Positions 1 to 36,699 of a stretch of DNA of 64,000 nucleotides are shown in pieces. The notes beneath the pieces are model-generated. The model did no database searches. It was not told where the DNA came from and saw only the letters and a list, made by a program, of their open reading frames with translations. The translations under genes and the position numbers were made by a program. This DNA comes from the human T2T-CHM13v2.0 reference genome, Homo sapiens: assembly GCF_009914755.1 (NCBI RefSeq), contig NC_060941.1; one strand, 5' to 3'. How positions within the stretch are numbered: the stretch's first letter is position 1; each line of letters begins with the position of its first letter.

Positions 1-1560
<1,560 letters not shown>

Positions 1561-2219
1561 TCTCTTCGCACTACGCCACGCCCACTGGCGCCACGCCCCT
1601 TCGCGCCGCGCGACGCGCCGCTCCATCGCACACGCTCTCTGGGCCCCGCCCCACTCACGACCCGCCCGCGCCACGCCCCTGAGCGCGCCAGAGCTGGAGT
1701 TCGGCGGCCGCGGCTCGCCTTTTCCTGAGTAGAGGGTCACGAGGGGACTACAAGCCCCAGCCGTCCGCCCCCGCAGTCGCCAGTTCCCCGTCTGCCCTCG
1801 CCGGGGCTCCGCGGCCTGGTTCTCCAGAGCCACAGACGCGCCCGCGTCACCAGGGTCGCCCGTGTGGGAACGTGCTCGGCAGGCCGCGGGTTTGAGAGGC
1901 GTCCCGGCGTGACGAATGCAACCAGCGTAGCCCCCAAATGAGTCGGCGGCCGCCGCAGGTTGTCGTACAGCCGCGGCGCTCCCTGGGGCAGTCACCCAAA
2001 GGACTTTCCCTTCTTTATTTGTTGGGGGCGGCGGGGACTGGAACCCAGACGCGCAAGTGTGGGGCGTGTCCTCGTGGCGTCCCTGGCGCTCCGAGGCCGA
2101 GACCCGGATGCCAGGAGAGGCAGTGAGGTCGGAAAGGCACCGCGGGGCCAGCATTAGGGCTGAGCTAGTTCTGTGGCCTCGGGTGGGACGTTCAATCTCT
2201 CTGGGCCTCGCCATTCTCT

Positions 2220-9569
<7,350 letters not shown>

Positions 9570-9675
9570 CTTTATAAATTATCTTCTATCTTTTCTTTTG
9601 AATACTTACTTTAAACTATTCTGCTTTTTCATAGCCAAAATCCCTTTCTTGTTATGATTATTTTATTTTGCACCC

Positions 9676-10034
9676 TGCGATGGTTTGAATGTCTGTGTCC
9701 CCCCAAAATTTCTATGTTGAGACCTAACCCCCAACGTGATAGTATTTGTAGATGGGAACCTTTGGGAGGTGATCAGGCCATGAGAATGGAACCCTTATGA
9801 ATAGTATTAGTGCCTTTATAAAAGAGACCCAAGGGAGTCAGCTCACCCCTTCCTCCACGTGAGGCCACTGCAAGAAGACACTATCTCTGAACCAGAAAGC
9901 AGGCCCTCCCCAGACACCAAATCAGCACCTTGATCTTGGATTCCAGTCCCTAGAACCATGAGAAATAAATTTCTTTGTTTATAAACCACCCAGTGTATCA
10001 TATTTTGTTACGGCATCCTGAAAGTCTAAAATAC
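9676..10034 (+). mobile_element. MLT1A/MST-type ERVL-MaLR solo LTR
   Basis: Starts TG..ATGGTTTGAATGT..CCCCCAAAATT, contains CCTTTGGGAGGTGAT, CACCTTGATCTTGGA and AATAAATTTCTTTGTTTATAA, and ends in ACA. Confidence 0.8.
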
Positions 10035-11418
10035 ATCCTATTTCATGGATAAAATGCCTTTTCTTATTTCTCTATAGATAGTAACTATACTACTTTTGAA
10101 GATTTGTTCTGTTGTTTCCTCTGTTTTGGTCTTCTTGTTTCATGTTAGAACTTTCCATAAACATCTGGTAATCTTTGGCTATCTGTTAAGATTTCATTAT
10201 GAGGCACAAAAAACTGGTGGGGGGTTCTGTGTGCATGAATGTGGCTTATTCTCAGAGGCAATCTGGCAGATAATCAGCTTATTCACTGAGGGGATTCTCC
10301 CCAGTGTCTGAACTTGAAAGTTTCTTCTCTGCGACCATTGCATTTTTTTTCCAGAGTAGGATCATTTCCTAACTGACTGCCAGTGTTCTGGAAGCAGGTG
10401 CAGTGAAGAGCCTAAGAGTCCTACTAATGTGTGTGTGAATTCCGAATCCTTAGTCACCGTGTTCATCCCTAACCCATACTGCCACAAGGACTCTCAAGTC
10501 TCACAACTAATTCATTTTAACATGAGAAGATATTAAGAGGGTTAAGAGGTTCTCCATGATTCACCTACTAGTGTGAATTCATATCTTCTCCTTTTGCTTT
10601 TCCCCTGGCCCTTAGCTGATATCAACTGCTCTGAGGAAATGGAAGTCTGATTGGTCAGGAAGCAGGAATAGTGGGTAATTTGGGGTCCCAGACCCCCCTT
10701 AGCAGGCAAGCAGCCCAGAGGTGGGTAAAGCACTTTAGGAAAGGGTGCTGCAATCCAGGGACTATGGCCCTGGACCTGGACGCCAAAAGGGAGTTGAGAA
10801 AGTAGAAAAGAAAACTACTTATGCTTAAATTGTGCTCAGAGCCAGGTCTCTATGCAAAGGAGCAGCAGGTGACCTGATTTCTCCCTCCTGCACTGCAGAG
10901 AACCTGCCCTCAAAGACCCAGAGCTCAGCTTCAGTAGAAGTTGAACAGCACTGTGCGAGCGAACCTGAGAACCCAGTCACCCTGAGAAAAACGGTTTCTA
11001 GGAGAAAACACATTCTTTGATCCAAACAACCAACTTACAAATGATCTTTTGGACCACGTCCTGCCTGCAAACTGAGGCTCGATTCACCTTTAATGGGCCA
11101 GCTCTGGCAGTGCCAAGGGAGAGAGGCCATTAGCAGAAATGAAAAAAGCAAGAAATCTTTTAGTCCATTAGGTTAAAAGACGATTTTTCATGCTTTATTA
11201 TTTATGATTTGCGACTTCAGTTACTGTTTCCTGGAACAAATGTTATGATTCAACTTCTATTTACTGAAGCAAATAGATGCTTATCAGCAGTCATGCTACA
11301 AATCACAAAGCAGTCAGTAAGGCCTTTGGGGCTGTGGCCTCTTTTGCAATTCTTTGATGTCTTGTCAGGCAACTTATTTTCTGTGCCTTAGAGAGTTTCC
11401 AAAAGCTACCACAATCTG

Positions 11419-11419
<1 letters not shown>

Positions 11420-11454
<35 letters not shown>
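11420..11454. repeat. (TG)~17 microsatellite
   Basis: Direct read. Confidence 0.97.
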
Positions 11455-11457
<3 letters not shown>

Positions 11458-13171
11458 CATTTGTGTGTGTATATCTACATGCACTCTTTCTGTCTCTCTT
11501 TCTCTCTCTCTCTATATATGGCATATAAATACAGTAAATTCAAAGAATTGAGCAAAAGCAGATTTTGGTTTTTACTTTAAGAATATCATTTCACTTCCTG
11601 AAAAATTAGGAATTAGGAGTCCTAAGAATACCACATAGCATTTAGGAAGACTTGAGTGGGAGCTAAGAAAGTTCGAATGAGGGGAGGAAGAAAGTCCCTG
11701 GTCAGCCCGGTATAGTGACTCAAGCCTGTAAACCCAGCACTTTAGAAGGCTGAGGTGGGAGGATTGTTTGAGCTCAGGAGTTTGAGATCAGCCTGGGCAA
11801 CCTAGCAAGACTCTGATCTCTATTAAAAAAAAGAAAGAAAAGAAAGCCTGGGCAGTGGCCTCAGTGAACCCTCGAGGATGCTGTGATCCTCTTGGTGACG
11901 TCCCCAGCCTCTGCTTCAGGATGACAGCATGGTCTCCTGCACCATAGCTCGGTCTGAAATTTTCGGTTTTTCTTTCAAGTTCCCCTTTTTCAGTCTTCAA
12001 GGGGGATGGAGGAGGTGGCCTGAATAAGACATAAATGAAAGAGGAAGTGTCTCAGCACCAACCAAACGTAAAACAGCGACAGCGACCCACTTAGCTTGTG
12101 ACCTCTACGGAAATACTGAAGACGTCCTCTGTGTCCTTTTAGACTTTCTGGGGGAGGGGACAGCTGCTGCCCAGAAGCAAGCAGCTTCCTTTTGGCCAGG
12201 TCAGTGCAGGGAACCAACAAAGACAGGGACCTGTGGCCAGAAGAAGCACAGCCACAGCAGGTATCTGATTGGACTGAGCCAGGAAAGGCCTTCTTGCCCT
12301 TAGGGACCCCTCAAAGCTTCTTTCCCACAAGCTGGAAACTGCTTGGCTCACTGCTGTCCTAAATGCAGGTGCCAGCCGAGGGGGTTACCCTAGGACCGTG
12401 AGCCATTAACAGCTTGTCTCAAATACGCTTCTCCAAGGCAGTCAGCGACTCCCCACTGAACACCTGTGGGTTCCTGCTGGTGCTAACTTAGGCACAGGGC
12501 TAGCAGGTCCCTCCCCTGTAGCAGATGATGAGAGCAAGTGTGGTGCAGGAGGAACTGGAAAGAGAGCATCGTCAGAGGCGACACTTGCGTGGATTAAAAC
12601 CATATATTCTTGTGCAATGTAAAATTGCCAACTTGCATCAGCATAACGAAGGACACACTTAGAATAGAAAAGCTGAGGAGGACAGAAGAATAGGAAGAAC
12701 AACAAAATCATGCCTGGTCCTTTTGCCCAGAAATGACCCATGTGAATCTTGGCTGAACTTTTAGACTTTTTCGCGGTGCACATTTCTGAACATAATTTGA
12801 CAACGTGGGACCTCTAGAATTGTACATTCTAATTTTTCAGTCCATTTATTTCTTATTCCAGAAAGAATCCATATATAAGGATGGCTCATCACAGTGTTGT
12901 TTTTAATTGTGAAAAGCTGAAAAATGGATGCTCGCCACTAGTGTTTATAAATAAATTCAATAAAGTTATGCTCTCACAATAAAATATTATGTAATCATTT
13001 AAAAGAATAATCTCATGCTCTGCGTATTATCATGGAAGGATGTCCACAAGGTCTTGCTGAAATTTTTTTAAAAGTCCCAAAACAGTGTATATATAATTTG
13101 AGACTATTGATATAAAAATATGGGTGTATATGTGTGTAAAAAAAGATGTTTGGGCCGGGCACGGTGGCTCA

Positions 13172-13471
<300 letters not shown>

Positions 13472-13849
13472 TTAATAATGGTTGTCTTTAGAAGGAGGGC
13501 TTTTTGTGCTGTTTACTTTCTTCTTGATATTTTTTAGCAATTTGTTTTTGCAATGAGCATTTACTAGTTTTATATTTTTTAAACTATTTACCTTGAAAAA
13601 ATTAGGTAAATCTATACTTACCATATAAAATACATTTATTTTGTAGTGAGTGAAAATGAGGGTTACAAAATATATACATAGTATAATATCATGTTCATAT
13701 TTTATAGTTTTATACATAAATTTACATATTTTAGTTTAAGTGTTTATAAATACAAAAATACATTCACACATTTGAACATATATGTAATATGCATATACAT
13801 TTTACATGTATATATAAAAAGTTTTAAAACATATATTTTTATTTTTTAA

Positions 13850-13993
<144 letters not shown>

Positions 13994-14267
13994 TGAGGTT
14001 ACAGGCGCCCACCACCACGCCCAGCTAATTTTTTGTATTTTTAGTAGGGACGAGGTTTCACTACGTTGGCCAAGCTGGTCTCAAACTCCTGACCTCGTGA
14101 TCCACCTGCCTCAGCCTCCCAAAGTGTTGGGATTACAGGCGTGAGCCACTGTGCCCGGCCAAGATTACTCTTATATTTTGAATAATAATTGTATTTCCAT
14201 TCTGGGGAAAAGAGTAATATTTTGGAAACCAGGCGCAGTGGCTCACGCCTGTAATCCCAGCACTTTA

Positions 14268-14715
<448 letters not shown>

Positions 14716-15538
14716 TCACTGTTCTCTCCAGGCTGTCCAGTCAGCCAAGCAGGCACCTGGGCACAGAGGGGCCCTGAGGGATTGAGGCTGTCCCGGGTAG
14801 GGGCTCCGTAAGGGGGAAGCCAACCTACTTTGCAGTGTTCCTGAGGCTCAGGCCCGTGTGCCACTGAGAGGGCGCGAACTCCATGGTCCGTGGACTTGGG
14901 TTCAACTGAGGCATCACCAGCTCCTGGGTGGCACTCGGCCAAGGCACTTTACCTCCCTGGGACTCAGTGTGTTTATCCAGGGGTATGAACAATAAGAACC
15001 TCTGGCCCACAGGCTTAATGAGAGAATTAAATAAGACATGGGAACAGCTCCTTTCAACTAACTGTTTATTACCAGAAGGTGCCCAATAACCAGGCATGGC
15101 AAAAGCCCAAAGGCAAAAACACAAAGCCCTGACATTTAACAGGTTCTTTTTTTGCTAAGAAACCAGCGCTGGAGACAAGTACTTGTGATATATCCTCGTG
15201 GCTGGACGTGTTGGTCACAAGTTCTAATTATGGAAATGCCCGCTGACAAAAGGGCCTGTTGATGTGAGTCACTATGGGTGGTTTAACTCTCTAGGCCTGG
15301 GCTGCTCCTAAGAATCATTTGCAGATACATCTATCTACCTAGCTATTTTTTTTTTTTTTTGAGACAGGGTCTCACTCTGTCACCCACTCTTCACTCTGTG
15401 AAGTGCAGTGGCACAATCAGGGCTCACTTTATCCTTGACCTCCTGGGCTCAAGCATTCCTTCCGCCTCAGCCCTTTGAGCAGCTAAGACTATAGGTGTGT
15501 GCCACCATGCCGAGCTAATTTTTTTATTCTTGTTTTGA

Positions 15539-15727
<189 letters not shown>

Positions 15728-16618
15728 TAGAGACAAGGTGACATTCTGTTGCCCAGGCTGTGCTCTCACAGCTCACTGCCGCCTTGACCTCCTGGGTTCA
15801 GGCAATCCTTTCACCCCAGCCTCCACGTAGCTGGGACTACAGGCATATGCCACCACACCCTGGTTAATCTTAATTTTTTTTTTAGAGATGGAGTCTTGCT
15901 ATGTTGCCCAGTCTGGTCTTGAGTTCCTGGACTCCAGTGATCCACCCCCCTCAGCCTCCCAAAGTGCACCACCATGCCCAGTTAATTTTGTATTTTTAGT
16001 AGAGACAGGGTTTTTCCATGTGGTCAGGCTGGTCTCAAACTCCTGACCTCAGGTGATCTGCCTACCTTGGCCTCCCAAAGTGCTGGGATTACAGGTGTGA
16101 GCCACTGAGCCTGGTCGCTACTTGTTCTTATTGTGCATTTATATCCTGAAGAAATGGAATCTGCCATTTGCTGTAGCAGCGATCCAGAAAAACAAAGTGT
16201 AGTTGTTGGAATAAAACCCAACTAACTGACATTGAGTGTCACCTGGGGGTGACCCAGCACAGCAAGAATGGATCAGCTTAAGCAGGTGTGGTGGCGTGCA
16301 CCTGTGGTCCCAGCTACTCAGGAGGCTGAAGTGGGAGGATCACCTGGCCCAGGAGATCGAGGCTGCAGTAAGCCAAGATCATGCCACTGCACTCCAGCCT
16401 GGGCAACAGAGCAAGACCCTGTCTCAAAAAAAAAAAAAAAAGAATCAAAGAATGGATCAGCCTCATATCATCCAAGCTCATAGAGACAATGATGTAGAAA
16501 AACCCCAATGGCTTTGTATTGAATCGTCACCTTCAGAGGGCTGGGGACATAGGTTCATAGATAGTACCTTCACTCCCGGGAGGCACGGGAAGACAATTCC
16601 TTTTTGGTTTTTTTTTGA

Positions 16619-16939
<321 letters not shown>

Positions 16940-17004
16940 TAATTAGTTGATGACCCTAATGGTCCCTACCCCTCAAAGTTTGGTGCATCCTCTTTCTCTC
17001 TCCC

Positions 17005-17188
17005 AGCCGTGTGAGGACACAACATGAAGTTGGTCATCTCAGGACCAGGAAGAGAGCCCTCCCCAGAACCCAACTATACTTGCACTTGACTTTGGACTTC
17101 CTAGCCTCTGCTGTGAGTGATGAATGCTTGTTGTGTAATCCACCCAGCCTATGATACTCTGTGGTAGCAGCCCAAGCTGACTAAGACA
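17005..17188 (+). mobile_element. MLT1A/MST-type LTR, 3' half
   Basis: GTGAGGACAC...AGAGCCCTCCCCAGAAC...TTGGACTTCCTAGCCTC...AGCAGCCCAAGCTGACTAAGACA. Confidence 0.7.
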
Positions 17189-17372
17189 CTTGGCAAGTGC
17201 ATCTCCACAATAAGATCCAAGCCATCTCAGCCTGGAAGTTGATGCTTCCAGATGGCATTCAGGAGAATGACCAAAGTTTGTCTCTCTTTTTTTTGAGACA
17301 GAGTCTTGCTCTGGCTGGAGTGCAATGGTGCGATCTCAGCTCACTGCAACCTCCGCTCCCTGGGTTCAATAA

Positions 17373-17642
<270 letters not shown>

Positions 17643-17701
17643 TAGGGTCTTGCTCTGTCACCCAGGCTCAAGTGCAGTGGCATGATCACAGCTTATTGTA
17701 G

Positions 17702-17920
<219 letters not shown>

Positions 17921-18145
17921 TAACCCCCTTTCTGATTGACATGTTCTTAAGGTACCTTACAAGAGGTTAGAAGTGTTTTTATAAATATACTTTTTTTTTT
18001 TTTTTTTTTACAAACTTCAGTTGTAACCAAATCTTGCTAAAGAACTCATTCTGATCTCTTAAGGTAACTTTACATTTCTTTACATTAGAACTTTATATTT
18101 CTTCTAATCCATATGCATTGGTTTTACAGTTTTACCGTTTTGTAA

Positions 18146-18328
18146 TTGCCAAAACAATACAGGATTCTCAGTCACATCGGAATTTCAGATGAACAATGAG
18201 TAATTTTTTAGTATAAGCATGTCCCATAAATTTCATGGGATATATTTACATTAAAAGTGATTTGTTGTTCATTTGAAATTCTAGTTAACTAAGCACCCTG
18301 TATTTTTATTTGTAAAACCTGGCCACCC
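18146..18328. mobile_element. MER53 palindromic DNA-transposon MITE
   Basis: Arms AATTTCAGATGAACAA..TAGTATAAGCATGTCCCAT and ATGGGATATATTTAC..TTGTTCATTTGAAATT; ends CCTGTATTTTTATTTG..CTGGCCACCC. Confidence 0.85.
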
Positions 18329-18388
18329 ACTCTCCAAGGGAAATACTAGTTCCCTATTTCCAAATTGGTGGAGGTGGTGGTGACCTCA

Positions 18389-18718
<330 letters not shown>

Positions 18719-19339
18719 CTAAGGTGGGAGGATCACTTGAGCCCAGGAGCCAGGAGATCCAGGCTGCAGTGAGCCATGGTCACACCACTGCACTCCAGCC
18801 TGGATGACAAAGTGAGACCCAGTCTCAAAAAAAAATTAAAATTAAAAAATAATAAAACAAAAATGTAAAAAAAATACATATATATGTTGCTCTACAGATT
18901 AGATGCATTCAGAGAAATTTACCTGAAAATCAATTTCTGAAAAGTAAATTTATTTCCCTAGTTTTCAACAAAAAATAAGCATACTAGGCTTTCAACCTCA
19001 ATCTGCCAATTTATCATTTGGTCCTTGGCAAGTGTATAAACTAAAAACTTCATTGAGACTCAGCTTTCTCATCTGTCAAACATAGCCCAAATGGCTACCT
19101 TTCCCTCCAGCCAATGCCAGAGGAAGTGCTTGGTGAGGAAGGGGTAAGGAGCATGACAGGCCCTCCAAGATGGCCCCATGGCGTCTGTGATCTCCCTGTT
19201 CCCTTCTCAATAAAATGAATGTAGATCAAGCAACTCCTAGGTGTGAGCCATTCTGAAAGGGGCTGTGGGATAGAACACATCCCTGCATCCCTTGAAGAGT
19301 TAGACTCCACCTGGAAAGATAGGACATGTGTAGTCATCT

Positions 19340-20358
<1,019 letters not shown>

Positions 20359-21913
20359 TGTCAAACTCTCAGGAAAAGTAAAATGTCCCTCAAAATGTTA
20401 GGAATCTGTGCCTTCCAGCCAGACAAGTTTCTCAGGGTCGAAAGCAAGGACATGCCCAGTTCTAACACAGGCAGGAACACTTCCTGTTGGGGACTGAGCA
20501 GGAACTCCCTGTGAGTGCCCCAGGTTTCTGGATCCTGGGTGGGTGTGGGGACAGGCACCTGGGCTGAGGGGCTCGCCTGTGTCTGTTCAGCCACGGCTGT
20601 GCTTCCCCAGAGACGAAACATCATGGGGGGCTGCGTTTGAGGTGGGGGTGTCAGTGCCACGGAATCAGGGCTACCTCTACTGTGCAGAGCACCGTGACGT
20701 CCCCTACCTTCCAGGCAACAGCAAAAACCAAAAGAGACAGGCGGTAGCAAAAAGGGAGGGTGGAGTGGAGGGAGAGAGGGATAGAGGCCAAAAAACACCC
20801 CATGAGACGGCAAGGGAGCTGCCAAGCCTTCATTTAACCCAGGACAGAAGCAGGACTCGCCACCCGGCCACGGAGGCCAGAGGGCTGCAGAAGGGCACAC
20901 ATGCGGAGGGGCTGACTTCAGGGCACTGGATGGAGTACAGGGCAGGGACAGACGCTGGGCATTGAAGACAGCACAAGCTCTGACGGGGCCAGGAGGGGCC
21001 AGGATACTACACACACAGGGCCAGCAGGCCAGCACACGCGGAAGCAGCAGTGCAGGTGTCCCGCTGTGGATGTAGGCTGCTTGGGGCAGTGGTGGGTCGC
21101 TGTAGCGGGCAGGAGGAGCAGGTGGAAATGTGAATGCCAGGCCAAGGCAGCATATGGGCCAGGCTGATTGAAGGCTGGGCCTATGCCTGGTTCATCTTGG
21201 GCTCCCCAGCCCCTAGCACATAAAAATAGATGCTCAATAAATGCTTGCCAACAGATGGACTTTGCTTCTAGGTCACTGGGAAACACTGAAGCTAACTCCA
21301 CAGGGGTGACCCAAATGAAAGCAGTGAAAGGAATGCTGGAGTGGCCAGAGTGGCTGGCTGGAGAAGGCCCATGAGGCTTCCGCAGCCTCCCGAGGAGGGG
21401 AGGCAAGGGCAGGGCTGAGGAAGGGACAGAAGGATGGAGACAGCCTCGTCCTCAGGAAGCATTTTGCCGATGGTCAGTCAGGGTAGGAGTGGATCCCAGG
21501 GGCCTGGGCTGTGGTCCAGTCTCGCCATGAAATCACCATGTGACCCCAGCAAGTCACTCCCTATCTCTAGGGCTCAGCTCCATCTCTGTGCATCAGAGGA
21601 GTCAGATGAGAAGTTTCCCTTTTGGTCAGACTGTGATGCTGAGATTTGGTGACTGATGTAAGGCGTAGGTGGGGTGGCGTCAGGAAAGGGAAGGAGCACC
21701 AAGGGTCAAAGATAGTTCTGAGGAGGATGGTGGAGAAAATGATGTGGCTGTGGGCAGAAATAGGAAGTCTCAGGATGGGGAGCTGAGCTCGGGCAGGAAA
21801 GATGATGCGTGGGCGGCTAGGGGAGCTTGGTGGAGACGAGGGCCCAACTCCACAGCAAACGGGCAGTGGAGGCAAAAAGGACAGCCGGCTTGAACATGCC
21901 TCCTGCAGCTGGG

Positions 21914-22522
21914 TGTGATAGGTGAAAATGTCTCCCTCCCCAAAATATATCCACACCCTGATCCCCAGAACCTGTGAATACAAGGGTCTTTGCAGATGTG
22001 ATTAAGTAAGGGTCTTGACATGGAAGCAGATTATCCTGGATTACATGGATGGGCCCTAAATACAGTTGTTTTCTTTTTATTTTGTAGAGACGGGGTCTTA
22101 CTATGTTGCCCAGCATAATCTTCAATTCCTGGCCCAAGTGATCCTCCCACCTCTGCCTCCCAAAGCACTGGGATTACAGGTGTGAGCCACTGCATCTGGC
22201 CAATGCAGGTATCTCTGTAAGAGGGAGACAGAGGGACATTAGACACACCGAGGAGAAGGCCGTGTGAAGATGGAGCAGAGAGAGATTTGAAGATGCTGAC
22301 CTTGAAGACTGGAGCGATGCAGCCACGAGCCAAGGAATGCGGCTGGCCACCAGAAGCTGGAAGAGACCAGGAACAGATTCTCCCCTGGAGCCCGCAGCCA
22401 GTGCACAGCTGAGCAGTATGGAGTTTAGACTTCTGGCCTCTAGAACTGTGAGAGAGTAGATTTCTGTTGTGTTAAGCTACCAAGGATTGCGGTAATGCCA
22501 GCAGTCACTGGAAGTGCATACA
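21914..22522 (+). mobile_element. MLT1C/D LTR with an inserted antisense Alu monomer (22069-22201)
   Basis: CTTTGCAGATGTGATTAAG, AGCCAAGGAATGCGG..CCACCAGAAGCTGGAAGAG and GACTTCTGGCCTCTAGAACTGTGAG. Confidence 0.8.
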
Positions 22523-24001
22523 CTGGCCATCCCACAAATCCCAGGCTCTGAACTCACAGCCAGGTCCCTACCCGGGCTCCTGGTTAAGTGCTTTGCATGT
22601 GTTGCCTCTTACTCCTCCAATAAGCTGGTGGGGAGGACCTATTAATATCCCCACTTCCCAGAGGAGGAAAACCAGGTGTCGAGAGGTCAGATCATCTTCC
22701 CGAGGTCACGGAGCAGGTCTGTGACAAAGGCTGATTCTTGCTGAGATGGGTGTGACACCAGTGGGAACACTTCACCATTCTGCCACTCTGTCCCCAGCTA
22801 TGAACATAGATTCCTAAAAATGTTATTATGTACACAAGTGTTCGAGTTCTGGTAAAGGAATTAGGGCCTCCCTCTCTCGGTGCCCGAAGCCATAGAAGTT
22901 ATTATGTATAACAACAGCAGTTCAAAATCCCAACTCAGCCACGGGGTGATGGCAGGTTAGCTTGTGCTCCTCCCTCCTAACCCTGCTGTGCCACAGGGCA
23001 GCAAACTGGGACCCTAAGAAGTGGCGGCTTGCTCCAAGTCTTAAGGCTGGTCCCCTGACGTGAGAGCCAGAATCAGAAGCCAGTTCAGAATTTCCCCACC
23101 CAGCACACAGAGTACATTTTAGGGGTAAATTAGGCAGCTGAAATGTGAAAAGAAATGGGGACTTGGTCACATGATCCTTGCTATTGAAGACAGTCCCAAG
23201 ACCACTGTCCAGAATTAAACTCTAAAATCAAATGTATTTTCCAAACACATGCATGATGCCTGCCCTCCACCAGAGGTGGGAGGTGGCCAGGCAAGCCAGA
23301 CTGGGTGCCACCTAGGTCACTGGAGATCAGGGGAGGACACTTGACCAGAATAGGTCCACTGGCTGATGGGTGGCCCATGAGGACTTCCTCCGATGGGGCA
23401 AAGTATTGAATCCATCAGACTGGCTCCCTGCAGTGGGCTGGACAATTTGTAGAGGACTGGACAACAGAGAAAGAGACAAAGGGTTAAGGGGCAGAAGGGA
23501 AGACCCTGTCGCCAGAGCAGCCTTGCATCCTGGCAGCTTTCCCTCCTCACTCTTCATCTTGAAGGAAGCCTCCCTGGGTTCTCCATTCTAACTACTTTAG
23601 AGTCAGCCTCTCGCATAACTCTTAAGGCACAAAACAGAGTCAAATGTACACAGTAGGCAGGTCTTCTCCCAGTCCTTTTGCTTGGCATCTTTGCGTTCAG
23701 ATTCCTGCAGTTTTGACTCCTTTGTGAAGTGATACACTTACGAATGCCTTACTGAATTAATTTTGCTGCCTGTCACTCTAGCAAATCCACTTCGGGCCAG
23801 TCGGATTTGCCAGGGTTTGTTCTCCTCCTTACGGGTCCAGGAGGGCTCCCGGGCGAGCCAGCTTCAGGCGGAGACCACAGCACGTCTCCCTTTTCATACT
23901 CCAAAAGCCAAAAGAAGATGGGCTTGGGGTGAGGCAATCTGGGACCCCATTTTCTTTCTATTAATCTTGCCTGAATTTACGTGTTGAAAAATGAACGTTA
24001 A

Positions 24002-34872
<10,871 letters not shown>

Positions 34873-35277
34873 GATGAGTGGTCAATGTTGGTTTGTCTCC
34901 AAACATTAATTACAACAGACCTAACAGAATTATTAATATTGTCGCAGCTGGATGAACTGAGCTCAGGTACACCCTAATACAGTTTCAGTGGCCATAAGAG
35001 GAGCAGAGAAAACAAGTGGTTTCTCTTCCCCTATTCCCTTGTCAAAACATATTAAGTGTCTGAGAACTTCCTTGGAAGAAGTCCACATCTCCATTTCTAG
35101 TAAGAAGTTTCTAGACTAATATTCAAGCCAAGTGGCATTGGGATTCTGCTGAAGTAGATTTGTGCCTTAACTCAGGCCCTAGATGAAACTTTTGCTTTCA
35201 AACTTTTAGTATCTGCTTTACATTTTACAATTACCAAACTGTTAAATAACATCATAGTATTGAATTGTTTACAAATG

Positions 35278-35283
35278 TTTATT
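35278..35283 (-). terminator. GNA13: Distal poly(A) signal AATAAA of GNA13
   Basis: Plus-strand TTTATT. UGUA (CFIm) motifs lie upstream at 35300-35303 and 35347-35350, and UGAUGUUAUUU lies downstream on the minus strand. Confidence 0.85.
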
Positions 35284-36468
35284 AAATGTCAGTAATTTTT
35301 ACAAAGCAAATATTAATAGCAAGAGGCAAATGTTTTGCAAAATATGTACAAAAGTAAAAAGCTGTAATGAACTAGCAACTCATTTTATAAAATCAAACCA
35401 TTCTTTCCACTTTTAGACCTCCTTTAGAAATAATTTATTGCCCATCCTGAACTAAAGCACTGACAAAAAAATTTACAACAATTATCAGATAATGTGCTTA
35501 GTTCCTGGAAAGTTATAAAAAGATATATGTAAAAAAAAAATCCTAAGCCACAAATATTTTATAGAGCTAATACGAGTCATGTTTTGTTAGGTACAGTATC
35601 TACGGGGTTATTACAAAATATACTTTTTTATAAGGCTTCTTGTGGTAAATGAGCTCTCACCAGAGTAGAGTAGTTTAGAAAAGCCATTTCAAACGTTTTG
35701 CGATTCTGCCTTCAAGTAAGAGGTAAAAGGTAAATGGCATAGTTTGTTGCACTGTTGCTTATACTGTGCAAGAATTAATCTCTACCCCTTTCTTTCCTAG
35801 TACCATCAAACAGGCATGATTAAGGACAATTTCTCACTTACTATGGCAAAAAATATTATATACAAGCTTTCTTAACACAAACCAAAGTCACATACCAAGT
35901 AGTATATGACGTTCAGTGATATTCACTGACTGAAATTTTATGCACACTGAGTTCCAGCATACTCTGATCCACCTGTAAACTTTCATCATCAACAGCAGAT
36001 TTGTATATGTCACAAAACTCTCCTTATCAAGACATAAAATATTGCCATATCATTCATGCTTTCAAAACAATGTTCATATAAGCTCTCGCATTTGAAACCA
36101 GATGGTAAGACCTGAATGCTACAAGAGTGAACATAACTTAAATGCTAACTACACGTTCAAGTACAGACATAAGAATGCTAGTGGTACAAACACTGTACTC
36201 CAAATGATGTTGTTAATCACCTACCAGCCTAAGACTAGTATCTACTTGATGGAACTTGAAAAAGCCATAAAGTCCAACTTGTTTAAAATGTTCAGACTTA
36301 GACTTACACTTCAAGATCTAGTATACATTTATTAATAAGCCCTAACCTCGTACCATAAAAAAATGGGCATGTGCTGTATTTGGGACATGCGGACACACCC
36401 ACACCCACCCACAATCTCTCCCCTCCTCATGTTTACTAGACTGAAAAGCCACCCTGTATCCTATCATT

Positions 36469-36495
36469 AAAAAACAAAACAAAACAAAACAAAAC
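36469..36495. repeat. (CAAAA)n tract, read as (UUUUG)n in the mRNA
   Basis: Direct read. Confidence 0.85.
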
Positions 36496-36699
36496 AGTGC
36501 TTTTAGTCAAGCAGCACAACACAAGGACAGATCATCTGTGATTAACAGAAGCGAACGCCTTAAAATGATGGGAGAGAGACAAATTAACTAGGTACTAAGT
36601 CAGATTTCCAAGTGAAAAAGACATGAGCAAAACTTCTGGTCTTAATTTCTCAAATAAAACTAAAATAAATGAAATGGTAACAGAGTGACTTTCTCTAAA

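Noticed and set aside
14861-14875. CTCF-like CCACTGAGAGGGCGC (also weaker matches at 16161-16174 and ~43706)
   Set aside because: Needs an insertion or core mismatches relative to the consensus; cannot be supported without a PWM scan or ChIP data.
20361-21406. 224-aa and 162-aa ORFs
   Set aside because: No homology recognised, a non-ATG start for the 224-aa frame, and no splice or promoter support in GC-rich intergenic DNA.
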